Assembly: GCA_035546035.1 (NCBI GenBank)
Contig: DASZXC010000008.1
Span: 123,951 to 187,950, forward strand
Direction: 5' to 3'
DNA from: Minisyncoccota bacterium
Lineage (GTDB): Bacteria; Patescibacteriota; Minisyncoccia; Phycocordibacterales; UBA6065
Length of the DNA stretch: 64,000 nucleotides
The position numbers and the translations under genes are program-made. Below, piece after piece: positions 18,233 to 27,198 of the stretch. The notes below the pieces were generated by a model. That model worked only from the letters and a program-made list of their open reading frames with translations, searched no databases and had not been told where the DNA came from. How positions within the stretch are numbered: position 1 is the first letter of the stretch; every line of letters starts with the position of its first letter.

Positions 18233-19996
18233 ATGAATTACGCCGTCCGGACGCCTCTCGCAGACAAACCAGCCGAACTCGGAGCTTTTTCGGACGTCGT
18301 CGCGAACCTCTTATACTCACGCGGCGTCAGGACGGCAGAAGACGCGGCGGCATTCCTTACCCCTGATTATGATTCCCATACGCACGATCCGTTCCTGATG
18401 CGCGATATGGACAAAGCGGTCGAGCGCGTCCATCGCGCCGTCAAAAATAACGAAAAGATCATCATATACAGCGACTATGACGCCGACGGCATACCGGGCG
18501 GAGTCGTTTTGCATGATGCCTTGAAGAAGATCGGTTATGACAATTTCGAAAATTACATCCCGCACCGCCACGACGAAGGGTTCGGCCTCAATTCCGGCGC
18601 GATCCAAGGATTCAAGGAAAGCGGCGCCAAGCTCCTCATCACCATAGATTGCGGCATCGCCGATTTGGAAGAGGTCGCTGAAGCGATGGGCGCGGGAATA
18701 GACGTCGTCGTGACCGACCATCATATGCCGCCGCTCGCCGAAGATGGGATAATGCAGAGATTGCCGGATGCATACGCGATTCTCAACCCGAAAGTGGCGT
18801 CGTGCGCGTATCCGGAGAAGATGCTCTGCGGTTCGGGCGTCGTCTTTAAATTCGTCCAGGCATTCTTCCGCAAGCACGGCGCTGAATTCGGCATAAAGCA
18901 GGACTGGGAGAAATGGTTCCTCGACATGGTGGGCATAGCGACGCTCTCCGATATGGTACCTTTGACCGGCGAGAACCGCACGCTCGCGTTCTATGGCCTT
19001 AAAGTACTGAAGAAGACCGCGCGGCCCGGCCTTTCCCAGCTTTTCAGGAAGCTGCGCGTAAAGCGCGAGTATATCTCCGAAGACGATGTCGGATTCACTA
19101 TAACTCCGCGCATCAATGCCGCGTCGCGGATGGGCGAACCGAAGGTCGCCTTTGATCTGCTGTCGACATCGGACGAAGCGCTGGCGGGCGCATATGCCGA
19201 CGCCCTCGAGCACGTGAACAACGAGCGTAAGGGGACCGTTGCCGCCTTGGTCAAAGAGGTCAAAAAGATATTAGCCGAGCGCGACATCGTCGATAAAAAA
19301 GCGATCGTCCTCGGAAATCCGGCCTGGAGGCCGTCGCTTTTGGGGCTTGTAGCCAATAGTTTGGCCGAAGAATACGGCAGGCCCGCATTCCTGTGGGGCA
19401 GGGACGGCGAAGGCGTCATCAAGGGCTCGTGCAGGTCGGGGAAGACGAATGCGTCAGGCGGTGCGGCGAGCGTCCTTGCCATCATGCAGAAGACGCCGGC
19501 TTCATTCATCGCATTCGGCGGCCACGGAGCGTCCGGAGGCTTTGAGGTTTCGAATGAAAGCGTTCATATGCTTGCCGAATCTCTCGAAAAAGCGGCTGAA
19601 GAGCTTTCGGCAGCGCACGCCGACGGAAATCCTGCTTTGGCGCAATCGGCGGTCGAGGTAGACGCGGTCATATCGCTCGAAGAAATCTCTTGGGACCTTT
19701 ATAAGGACATAGAAAAGCTCGCGCCGTTCGGCGTAGGCAATCCGAAGCCGATGTTCCTCGTAAAGGGAGCGTTCATTGACGCGGTGAAGTCGTTTGGCAA
19801 GGAAGGAAATCACACAGAACTCATCTTCCGCGACCTTGCGGGTAGGAAGATATCGGCGATCCAGTTTTTCTCGCCTACGGAATCGCTCCCGAAGCACGTC
19901 GCAGCGCAAAAGCCCGTAGACATCGTCGCTCATATAGAAAAATCGACGTTCAAGAATTATCCCGAACTGCGCCTGCGCATTGTTGATATACTCTAG
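18233..19996 (+). CDS. recJ: Single-stranded DNA exonuclease RecJ
   Basis: DYDADG, TIDCGI, TDHH, PRINAASR, GSCRS, GGH, PFGVGNPKP. Confidence 0.94.
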   Translation: MNYAVRTPLADKPAELGAFSDVVANLLYSRGVRTAEDAAAFLTPDYDSHTHDPFLMRDMDKAVERVHRAVKNNEKIIIYSDYDADGIPGGVVLHDALKKIGYDNFENYIPHRHDEGFGLNSGAIQGFKESGAKLLITIDCGIADLEEVAEAMGAGIDVVVTDHHMPPLAEDGIMQRLPDAYAILNPKVASCAYPEKMLCGSGVVFKFVQAFFRKHGAEFGIKQDWEKWFLDMVGIATLSDMVPLTGENRTLAFYGLKVLKKTARPGLSQLFRKLRVKREYISEDDVGFTITPRINAASRMGEPKVAFDLLSTSDEALAGAYADALEHVNNERKGTVAALVKEVKKILAERDIVDKKAIVLGNPAWRPSLLGLVANSLAEEYGRPAFLWGRDGEGVIKGSCRSGKTNASGGAASVLAIMQKTPASFIAFGGHGASGGFEVSNESVHMLAESLEKAAEELSAAHADGNPALAQSAVEVDAVISLEEISWDLYKDIEKLAPFGVGNPKPMFLVKGAFIDAVKSFGKEGNHTELIFRDLAGRKISAIQFFSPTESLPKHVAAQKPVDIVAHIEKSTFKNYPELRLRIVDIL

Positions 19997-19998
19997 CC

Positions 19999-20685
19999 AT
20001 GTCCATCACTATATTCACCGACGGATCCTCCCGAGGGAATCCCGGCTCCGGCGGCTGGGGAGCTATCATCCGCACCGACGATGAGGTAACTGAATTGGGC
20101 GGCAGGGAGGAGAATACTACCAATAATCGCATGGAGCTTTCGGCAGCGATAAACTCCCTTGTATTTGTGAGCGAGAACAAGGTTGAGGGACCGATCGTCG
20201 TTCAAAGCGACTCGAAATACGTTATTCAGGGCATAACCGAATGGGTTTCGGGCTGGCAAAGGAACGGTTGGAAGACCGCAGGCAAAAAAGACGTGGGCAA
20301 TCGCGACCTTTGGGAAGCTCTGGCGTTCGCCGTGAAAGGTCTCTCTATACAATGGAAATATGTCGAAGGGCATGCGGGATATCCGGGCAACGAACGCTGT
20401 GACGAGATAGCGACATCCTGCGCCGATGGGCGCGATCCGGGTCTGTATCAAGGCGCTCGCAAACAGTACCCGATCGATCTCGATGCGAAGCCTGCCGCTG
20501 GGACGAAAAGACTATCGTCTTCGGCTCCCGCATATTCGTATCTGTCTCTCGTCGACGGCGTTTTGGAAAAGCATAAGACCTGGACCGAGTGCGAGGCTCG
20601 CGTCAAAGGCGTTCGCGGGGCGAAATTCAAGAAATCAGTGAGCGCCGTGGACGAAGCGGCTATCATTAAAGAGTGGGGGATGTAG
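19999..20685 (+). CDS. rnhA: Ribonuclease HI with C-terminal hybrid-binding-like domain
   Basis: FTDGSSRGNPGSGGWG, TTNNRMEL, SDSKY, GHAG..GNERCD; C-terminal TWTECEARVKG..GAKFKK. Confidence 0.92.
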   Translation: MSITIFTDGSSRGNPGSGGWGAIIRTDDEVTELGGREENTTNNRMELSAAINSLVFVSENKVEGPIVVQSDSKYVIQGITEWVSGWQRNGWKTAGKKDVGNRDLWEALAFAVKGLSIQWKYVEGHAGYPGNERCDEIATSCADGRDPGLYQGARKQYPIDLDAKPAAGTKRLSSSAPAYSYLSLVDGVLEKHKTWTECEARVKGVRGAKFKKSVSAVDEAAIIKEWGM

Positions 20686-20703
20686 GGATCGGGAAATAGG
20701 CGG

Positions 20704-20738
20704 AAATAAAAGGCGGCGCGATTCTCATCGCGCCGCCT
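20704..20738 (-). terminator. Intrinsic terminator between convergent genes
   Basis: 12-bp stem AGGCGGCGCGAT/ATCGCGCCGCCT with A-tract on its left. Confidence 0.75.
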
Positions 20739-20740
20739 GG

Positions 20741-21085
20741 TTATTTGAATGTCCGAGGTTCAGGGTCTTGGATGTACGGATCGTCGATCAATCCTGCGCA
20801 GAGCTGTTCGGAATAGCGCCTGTCTGTCACTGCCGGTTCGAGCTTCGCGAGCATATAGAAGTCGAACGCGCCGACTTCCGCCCGAAGGAGCCACTGGCCG
20901 TGAGGGCTTCCGATCTGGTGGGCCGGATCGGTATGCCATTTTTCGCGCTTTTTCCGGGCTTCGAGCCATTGCCTTCGCGCAGATTCGATTCTGTTCCGCC
21001 GCCGCTTATCCCACACCTCGAATATCGTCACCGCGATGATCAATATGGCGATCACGGATAGCAGTATCCATTCGATGGGCCTCAT
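20741..21085 (-). CDS. Hypothetical single-pass membrane protein
   Basis: 114 aa; N-terminal TM then basic helix; ends at terminator. Confidence 0.65.
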   Translation of the reverse strand: MRPIEWILLSVIAILIIAVTIFEVWDKRRRNRIESARRQWLEARKKREKWHTDPAHQIGSPHGQWLLRAEVGAFDFYMLAKLEPAVTDRRYSEQLCAGLIDDPYIQDPEPRTFK

Positions 21086-21165
21086 GATTCTTTTTCTACC
21101 TTACCATCGGGATTTTTTCTGCGCTACTTCACGTTTCCTTCATCTTCCTTCGATAAAGTTTCGGT

Positions 21166-22638
21166 ATGAAGAGCTTCGCATTCTATCTTTTATCCATATC
21201 TTTTTTCGCCGGAGTGCTCGCGGCGTCTTTTGTCGCTATGCCTTTTGCATTTCTCATATGCGGTGCGATCGCATGCGCGATTGTTCTGATACTGATGCGG
21301 GGCAGGCCGAAGCCTTTCCTATACACATGCTCCGTGCTCGTATGCATAGTCGGAGCTTTGCGATTCGGCGTTACTAAGAGCGACGATCATCCTCTGGATC
21401 AATATATAGGCAGAAAGACGACGGTTTCCGGCATCGTCTGCGCAGAGCCGGATCAAAAGGCGGACGGGCAGAGGTTTTGCTTTCAGCCTGAAAAGAGCCC
21501 TGACCGTATCGTCGTTTCCGCGTCAAAATTTCCCGGATATCGCTATGGGGACGAGCTTCTGATAACGGCGACGCTCAAATTGCCGGAGAATTTCGAGACG
21601 TTCGAAGGCGGCCCTGAATTCGATTACATCTCATATCTCGGCAAAGACGGCATCCGCTATAAAATGTCTTTTCCCAAAATAAAAAGGCTCGCTTCGGGAA
21701 AAGGGAATCCGATCGTTTCGGGGCTCATCGCCATCAAATCCGCTTTCATGGACCGGATACGCGATGCCTTGCCCGAACCGCAGTCGTCATTCGTCGGCGG
21801 ACTGCTTCTGGGCGAAAAGGGGGCTTTGCCCGAAGACGTAACGGAACATTTCCGCCGGTCGGGCTTGACGCATATACTCGTCCTTTCCGGCTCGAACGTA
21901 ACGGTTGTCGCCGAAAGCCTCCTGGCGGCTTTTTCTTTCCTGCCGAAAACGGCGGGAAGATCCGCGGGCGCCGTATCCGTCGTGCTTTTCGCCGTGATGA
22001 CGGGTGCATCCGCCACGACCGTGCGCGCGACGATCATGGCCCTTGTGCATTTATTCGCCGAAGGCATGGGCAGGCGATATGACGTCGTGCGGGCGCTCGT
22101 CCTTTCGGCATTTGTCATGCTCGTTCAGAATCCGCGCATACTGGCATTCGATATATCGTTCCAGCTCTCGTTCCTTGCGACGATAGCCGTTATATTCGTC
22201 GCACCTCTCATAAAAGAACGGCTCTCATTCATCCCTGAACGGTTCGGCATGCGCGAAACTCTTTCGATGACGATCGGAACGCAGATATTCACCCTGCCTT
22301 TCATCCTTTCCAAGATGGGCGAGATATCGGTCATAGCGCTCATACCGAATCTTCTAGTATTGCCGGGCGTCCCGTACGCCATGCTTGGAGGATTCGTACT
22401 GGGCATGGCCGGATTCATCGGCCATATCATTGCCGTACCCTTTGCATGGGCGACGAATCTGCTCCTTGTATACATGCTTAAGACGGTCGATGTGTTCGGT
22501 TCGCTCCCGTTCGCGACGATAAAGGCGCGCGGCTCCCTCTTCGGGGCGCCTCTCTTCGCGGTCTCTTACGCGATCTTCGCCGCGGTCCTTATTTTCCTGC
22601 GGAAGCGGCGTAATTCTCCTCAGCCGTCTGCCAATTGA
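21166..22638 (+). CDS. comEC: ComEC/Rec2 DNA-uptake channel (OB-like plus competence domains)
   Basis: GLTHILVLSGSNV, RATIM, DISFQLSFLAT, TQIFTLP. Confidence 0.9.
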   Translation: MKSFAFYLLSISFFAGVLAASFVAMPFAFLICGAIACAIVLILMRGRPKPFLYTCSVLVCIVGALRFGVTKSDDHPLDQYIGRKTTVSGIVCAEPDQKADGQRFCFQPEKSPDRIVVSASKFPGYRYGDELLITATLKLPENFETFEGGPEFDYISYLGKDGIRYKMSFPKIKRLASGKGNPIVSGLIAIKSAFMDRIRDALPEPQSSFVGGLLLGEKGALPEDVTEHFRRSGLTHILVLSGSNVTVVAESLLAAFSFLPKTAGRSAGAVSVVLFAVMTGASATTVRATIMALVHLFAEGMGRRYDVVRALVLSAFVMLVQNPRILAFDISFQLSFLATIAVIFVAPLIKERLSFIPERFGMRETLSMTIGTQIFTLPFILSKMGEISVIALIPNLLVLPGVPYAMLGGFVLGMAGFIGHIIAVPFAWATNLLLVYMLKTVDVFGSLPFATIKARGSLFGAPLFAVSYAIFAAVLIFLRKRRNSPQPSAN

Positions 22639-23188
22639 GATTGACGAAGAAGTCTTCGACGTAATTCTTCTTGCCGGAAGGCTGATAGTCAGTCACGAAC
22701 GAATGCTCCCACATGTCGAGGGTCAGGATAGGGGACGCGTCTACGAGCTGGCCAAGGTGCTGTTCGTCCACCCAGCCGTTCACGAGGCGGCCGGTCTTCT
22801 TGTCGGCATAGAGCATTGCCCAGCCCACGCCGCGGGTCAAAGCGATCGCCTTGAATCGCGCGAGCCAGCCGTCGAACGAGCCCCATTCAGCCTCGATCTC
22901 GGAGCGGAGGATGCTTCCATCGGCAAGGGTCTTCGGACCGCCTTCGAAATGGGCGAAATAGTATTCATGGTTCCTCATGCCGCCCCATTCGAAGCCGAAG
23001 CGCCTCTGGAGTTCGCCAAGGGCATACGCGTTTTTCTCGGAATCCTTCGCCATCTCGTCTATCTTCTCGAGGATGAGGTTTACGTGCTTCACATAGCCGG
23101 AATAGAGCTTAAGGTGCTCTTCGATATTTTTGGCGCTGATGCCTTTGAGGGCAGGGATATTGAATTTCTTTTCTTCGAATTTCTTCAT
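22589..23188 (-). CDS. sod: Fe/Mn superoxide dismutase
   Basis: H..LY.GYV, NHEYYF, GVGWA, LDMWEHSF. Confidence 0.92.
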   Translation of the reverse strand: MKKFEEKKFNIPALKGISAKNIEEHLKLYSGYVKHVNLILEKIDEMAKDSEKNAYALGELQRRFGFEWGGMRNHEYYFAHFEGGPKTLADGSILRSEIEAEWGSFDGWLARFKAIALTRGVGWAMLYADKKTGRLVNGWVDEQHLGQLVDASPILTLDMWEHSFVTDYQPSGKKNYVEDFFVNLNWQTAEENYAASAGK

Positions 23189-23259
23189 AGTAGTGATGGT
23201 TATATTTTGATTATACGCTCTTCATCTTTATTTCATAGAGGGCCGATATATTCCTCTCT

Positions 23260-24153
23260 ATGGATATACGAATGGATACAAGGATAAGGACGGGAATCGT
23301 TTTCGGTTTCGCGATTTTGGTATGCGCCGTCTTCGTTCGGTTCTTTATCGCGCGTCCGCATGATGCCTGGCGAGCTTTCGTCGAAGATGGGCTTCTTCAT
23401 GTCTATTTCCTCGATATAGGGCAAGGCGACGCCATATATGTCCGCGCGCCTGACGGAAGCGACATGCTCGTAGACAGCGGCCCTTCGGCGGAAGTTTTGC
23501 GGGAGAAGCTCTCTGACGTCATGCCGCCCGGCGACAGGAAAATAGACGTCGTCGTCGAAACCCATCCCGATGCCGATCATATCTCCGGCTTCCCGGACAT
23601 TTTGGAGGATTTCGAGGTCGGATCATTCCTCGAGCCCGGCATCGGCTCGAAGAATTCTATCGATGACGAGATCAAAAAGCTTGTTTCGGAGAAAGGCATC
23701 CGCGATATCCGCGCGCGGAGAGGAGAGTCGTATAAAATCGGCCCGGACGTCTCGTTCAGGATCCTTTTTCCCGACGAAGACGTCTCGAATTATAAAGACA
23801 CGAATGAAGCCTCCATCGTAGCGGAGGTCGTCTACGCTTCGACGACGGTACTCCTCACAGGCGATTCCCCGAAGAAAATAGAGAATCATCTTATGAAGCT
23901 CGATGCGGCAGGCTTGAGAAGCGATATTCTGAAGCTCGGTCACCACGGATCGCGAACATCGTCGGGCAAAGCCTTCGTCCAAGCGGTGTCTCCCGCATAT
24001 GCCATCGTCTCTGCCGGAGAGGGGAACCGATACGGCCATCCTCACAAGGAAGTCCTGGATATTTTGCGGTCGCTCCATATTCCCGTGCTCCGAACTGATC
24101 GGGAAGGCACGATCGAATTCGTCAGCGACGGAAAAAGGGTTTGGCGAAAATGA
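23260..24153 (+). CDS. ComEC-type metallo-beta-lactamase domain protein (stand-alone)
   Basis: DIGQGDA, THPDADHISG, NEASIV, LTGD, GHHGSRTSS, NRYGHPH. Confidence 0.9.
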   Translation: MDIRMDTRIRTGIVFGFAILVCAVFVRFFIARPHDAWRAFVEDGLLHVYFLDIGQGDAIYVRAPDGSDMLVDSGPSAEVLREKLSDVMPPGDRKIDVVVETHPDADHISGFPDILEDFEVGSFLEPGIGSKNSIDDEIKKLVSEKGIRDIRARRGESYKIGPDVSFRILFPDEDVSNYKDTNEASIVAEVVYASTTVLLTGDSPKKIENHLMKLDAAGLRSDILKLGHHGSRTSSGKAFVQAVSPAYAIVSAGEGNRYGHPHKEVLDILRSLHIPVLRTDREGTIEFVSDGKRVWRK

Positions 24154-24180
24154 AAAAACCCCGCTCCGGCGGGGTTTTTT
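24153..24180. terminator. Bidirectional intrinsic terminator
   Basis: AAAAAACCCCGC-TCCG-GCGGGGTTTTTT between convergent genes. Confidence 0.85.
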
Positions 24181-24184
24181 CGCA

Positions 24185-24427
24185 TTAGATGATGCCTGCC
24201 TTCTTGAGAGTCGCGTACGCGCCGTTCTTATTGATGGTCTTGATGGCGCGAGTCGAAAGAGTGAGTCGGATAGACTTCTTCATCTCAGGGATATAGATCT
24301 TCTTCGGCTGAAGATTGAGGTGTCGGCGGACTTTTCCGGTAGGGTTGAACTGCGTCGCACGGGTGCGGTTCGAATATCCGCCTCCTACGAGGGACGTCCT
24401 TTTTGTGACTGGGCAGATTTTTGCCAT
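24185..24427 (-). CDS. rpmB: 50S ribosomal protein L28
   Basis: MAKICPVT...RRHLNLQ...RLTLSTRAIKTINKNG. Confidence 0.88.
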   Translation of the reverse strand: MAKICPVTKRTSLVGGGYSNRTRATQFNPTGKVRRHLNLQPKKIYIPEMKKSIRLTLSTRAIKTINKNGAYATLKKAGII

Positions 24428-24477
24428 AGGCCGTCATGCTATCATACGTATGTCTTTTCGCAAGCTTTTCGCTTTAT

Positions 24478-25101
24478 ATGGCCTTTCAATTCATATTTTC
24501 GCTTATCGTCCTTCTGTTCTCGGTCATCATCCATGAAGTAGCCCATGGATATGCGGCTTTGGCCCAAGGCGACCGCACCGCCGAATACGAAGGCCGCCTG
24601 ACGCTCAACCCGCTCAAGCATATAGACCCTGTCGGCACTATCATATTGCCCGCGCTGTCGCTGATGCTTCCGGGAAGCTTCCTCTTCGGCTGGGCCAAGC
24701 CCGTTCCGTTCAATCCGTACAACCTGCGCAATCAGCGTTGGGGCGAAGCGATCGTGGCGGCCGCCGGACCATTGTCCAATCTCGGGATAGCCTTCGTATT
24801 CGGATTGATCATCCGTTTCTATATAGCCCCGCAGGGCATGATCGCCGGTCCGGCGGCCGCGCTCTGCGCCATCATCGCTCTCGTGAATGTCACGCTCGCG
24901 ATATTCAATCTTATTCCCATACCGCCCCTCGACGGGTCAAAGATATTGAGCGCGATCCTCCCGCGATCGTGGATGCGCGTGCGCCAATCCATAGAGCGCC
25001 TCGGCTTTATCGGCGTGCTTATATTCCTCGTCTTCCTTTGGCCAATCTTCGAGCCGGTCATTCCCTGGCTCTTCCGCGTCATTACGGGGGTGTCGCTCTA
25101 G
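24478..25101 (+). CDS. Site-2 protease family (peptidase M50)
   Basis: HEVAH, GRLTLNPLKHIDP, AAGPLSN, FNLIPIPPLDGSK. Confidence 0.92.
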   Translation: MAFQFIFSLIVLLFSVIIHEVAHGYAALAQGDRTAEYEGRLTLNPLKHIDPVGTIILPALSLMLPGSFLFGWAKPVPFNPYNLRNQRWGEAIVAAAGPLSNLGIAFVFGLIIRFYIAPQGMIAGPAAALCAIIALVNVTLAIFNLIPIPPLDGSKILSAILPRSWMRVRQSIERLGFIGVLIFLVFLWPIFEPVIPWLFRVITGVSL

Positions 25102-25129
25102 TCTTCTCGGCGTGCGTCGTTCGGTGTGA

Positions 25130-26056
25130 TTATACGCGGCTCCTCAATACTTTGAATTTGCCGTCATCGGCTATCGTTTCGGTCGGGCCTATATATTTTT
25201 CAAGCGTCCCTTCATATGCGAGGAACGAGTTCGCGACGATATAGCATTCGCCGCCCGGCTTCAAATGCTTCTTCGCTCCCGCGGCGAATCTCTCTATGAA
25301 TGAATAGTTCGTCTCGATGCCTGAATGGAACGGGGGATTGGATACGATGAGATCGAATCGGCCTTCGATCGATTCGAATGCGTCTGAATGAACGACTTGC
25401 GCGGCCAGTCCGTTCTTTTTCCTCGTCTCCTCGCTTGCATGCACAGCGATCATGCTCGTATCTGACATGGTCACATCTGCCGTCGGATTCGTCTCCTTGT
25501 ATACCGCGCCTATGATGCCTGCTCCGCAACCGATATCGAGGATAGAAGCTTTGTCGTATGGAATATTATCCAAGAGCAGCTTGGTCCCTTCATCCAATTC
25601 GCCTGCGCTGAAGACGCCGGGGATATTGGCGATGTCGAGCGTCAGATTTTTATATGAAAGCGAGAAGAACTTCAGAAAATCTCGCCACGTCTTGCCTGCG
25701 CCGAGTCTTTTATTGCGACCGACATAGAGCGCTGAATGGTTTCCGACGATCTTTCGGTCGACGGGGCCTATATTTTTCTCATACAGGTCTTTCGCCGACC
25801 TGATACCCGCATCGTTCGCGCCCGCGAGCACGATCAGGCCGTTTTCCGCGACCATTCCCGACACGAGAGCGAGCGTCATGTCTATTAGTCCCTTTGATTT
25901 AGGCAAGAACACGACCGCGCTCTGGGCAGCGGCGCCAGCAGCAGAGAACGCAGGCCTGAAGATATCGGCATCGCTCTCTATAAAAAGCGGTTCGACGAGG
26001 TCGAGCTCCTGGGCGTGCTTGCGGAATAGCTCATAGGGCTGATTGCCGGTTTTCAT
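25130..26056 (-). CDS. rsmC: RsmC-like small methyltransferase
   Basis: PGVFSAGELDEGTKLLL, LDIGCGAG, SNPPFH, VANSFLAY; RsmC-like N-domain (LPKSK, GANDAGIRSA). Confidence 0.75.
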   Translation of the reverse strand: MKTGNQPYELFRKHAQELDLVEPLFIESDADIFRPAFSAAGAAAQSAVVFLPKSKGLIDMTLALVSGMVAENGLIVLAGANDAGIRSAKDLYEKNIGPVDRKIVGNHSALYVGRNKRLGAGKTWRDFLKFFSLSYKNLTLDIANIPGVFSAGELDEGTKLLLDNIPYDKASILDIGCGAGIIGAVYKETNPTADVTMSDTSMIAVHASEETRKKNGLAAQVVHSDAFESIEGRFDLIVSNPPFHSGIETNYSFIERFAAGAKKHLKPGGECYIVANSFLAYEGTLEKYIGPTETIADDGKFKVLRSRV

Positions 26057-26127
26057 ACTGCAAATCTAGCATATCCCTGCTTTTATGCTTTTTCTTGCCC
26101 AAACTCTCTATTTATAGTAATCTCACG

Positions 26128-26250
26128 AGGCGTCCCAGATTTAAGTATCTGGCGCTATTTAACAGGGAAGAGGCGAGTAACGGCGCCGGACACTGAACAA
26201 CCTCGTCCGGAACCGCGAAGTCACCGCATCTTCCGTAACAAAACCAACGA
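26128..26250 (+). promoter_or_regulatory. Structured 5' leader of rpsL operon
   Basis: Stems CCAGAT/ATCTGG, GGAAGA.GCG/CGC.TCTTCC, CCGGAC/GTCCGG downstream of TTGCCC-17-TAATCT. Confidence 0.5.
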
Positions 26251-26667
26251 ATGCCAACCATTCACCAGCTGGTGAAGCGAAACCGACGTTCCCTCAAAAG
26301 GAAGTCGAAGTCCGTCGCCCTCACCAAGAGCTTCAACGTGCTCAAGAACAAGCCTCGTTATTTCTATTCGCCGTTCAAGCGCGGCGTGTGCATCAAAGTG
26401 ACGACCAAGACCCCGAAGAAGCCTAACTCGGCAATCCGAAAGATCGCCCGCGTTCGACTCTCTAACGGTATGGAAGTCACCGCATACGTCCCAGGCATGG
26501 GCCACAACCTCCAGGAGCACTCTGTGGTGCTTCTCAAGGGCGGTCGCGTCAAAGACGTCGGTCTTCGATACTCCGTCGTCCGCGGCGTCCTCGACTCCGC
26601 AGGCGTGGAGACTCGTCGCAAAGGTCGCAGCCAGTATGGCACCAAGAGGCCAAAGGCGGCTAAATAA
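26251..26667 (+). CDS. rpsL: 30S ribosomal protein S12
   Basis: [30 protein letters not shown]. Confidence 0.97.
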   Translation: MPTIHQLVKRNRRSLKRKSKSVALTKSFNVLKNKPRYFYSPFKRGVCIKVTTKTPKKPNSAIRKIARVRLSNGMEVTAYVPGMGHNLQEHSVVLLKGGRVKDVGLRYSVVRGVLDSAGVETRRKGRSQYGTKRPKAAK

Positions 26668-26695
26668 GCTTTATATTCCTTAAACCAACAATCCC

Positions 26696-27166
26696 ATGCG
26701 ACGCAAGATCAATATAAAGCGCGACCTCGCTCCAGACGTAAAATACCAGTCTGAAAAGGTCTCGAAGCTTATGAACTACATCATGTACGACGGCAAGAAG
26801 AACCAGGCCCGCACGAACGTGTACAAATGCTTCGAAATCATCAAAGAGAAGACCAAGTCTGAGAATCCTCTCGACGTCTTCGAGGCGGCTCTCAAGAATA
26901 CCGCTCCTAACGTAGAAGTACGCTCCCGACGCGTCGGCGGCGCCAACTATCAGGTCCCTGTCGAAGTCAGGCCGAAGCGCAAGGACGCTCTCTCTATCAA
27001 GTGGATCATAGACGCCGCTCGTTCGAAGAAGGGCGCGCCTATCTCCGCGAAGCTCGCTGACGAGATCATCGCCGCATCGAAGAACGAAGGCGAGGCGGTC
27101 AAGAAGCGTGAGAACACCCATAAGATGGCCGAAGCCAACAAGGCGTTCGCTCATTTCGCTTGGTAA
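26696..27166 (+). CDS. rpsG: 30S ribosomal protein S7
   Basis: RRVGGANYQVP, HKMAEANKAFAHF. Confidence 0.97.
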   Translation: MRRKINIKRDLAPDVKYQSEKVSKLMNYIMYDGKKNQARTNVYKCFEIIKEKTKSENPLDVFEAALKNTAPNVEVRSRRVGGANYQVPVEVRPKRKDALSIKWIIDAARSKKGAPISAKLADEIIAASKNEGEAVKKRENTHKMAEANKAFAHFAW

Positions 27167-27198
27167 TTATCTAGTTCTTTTGTTCAATTAATTAATCT

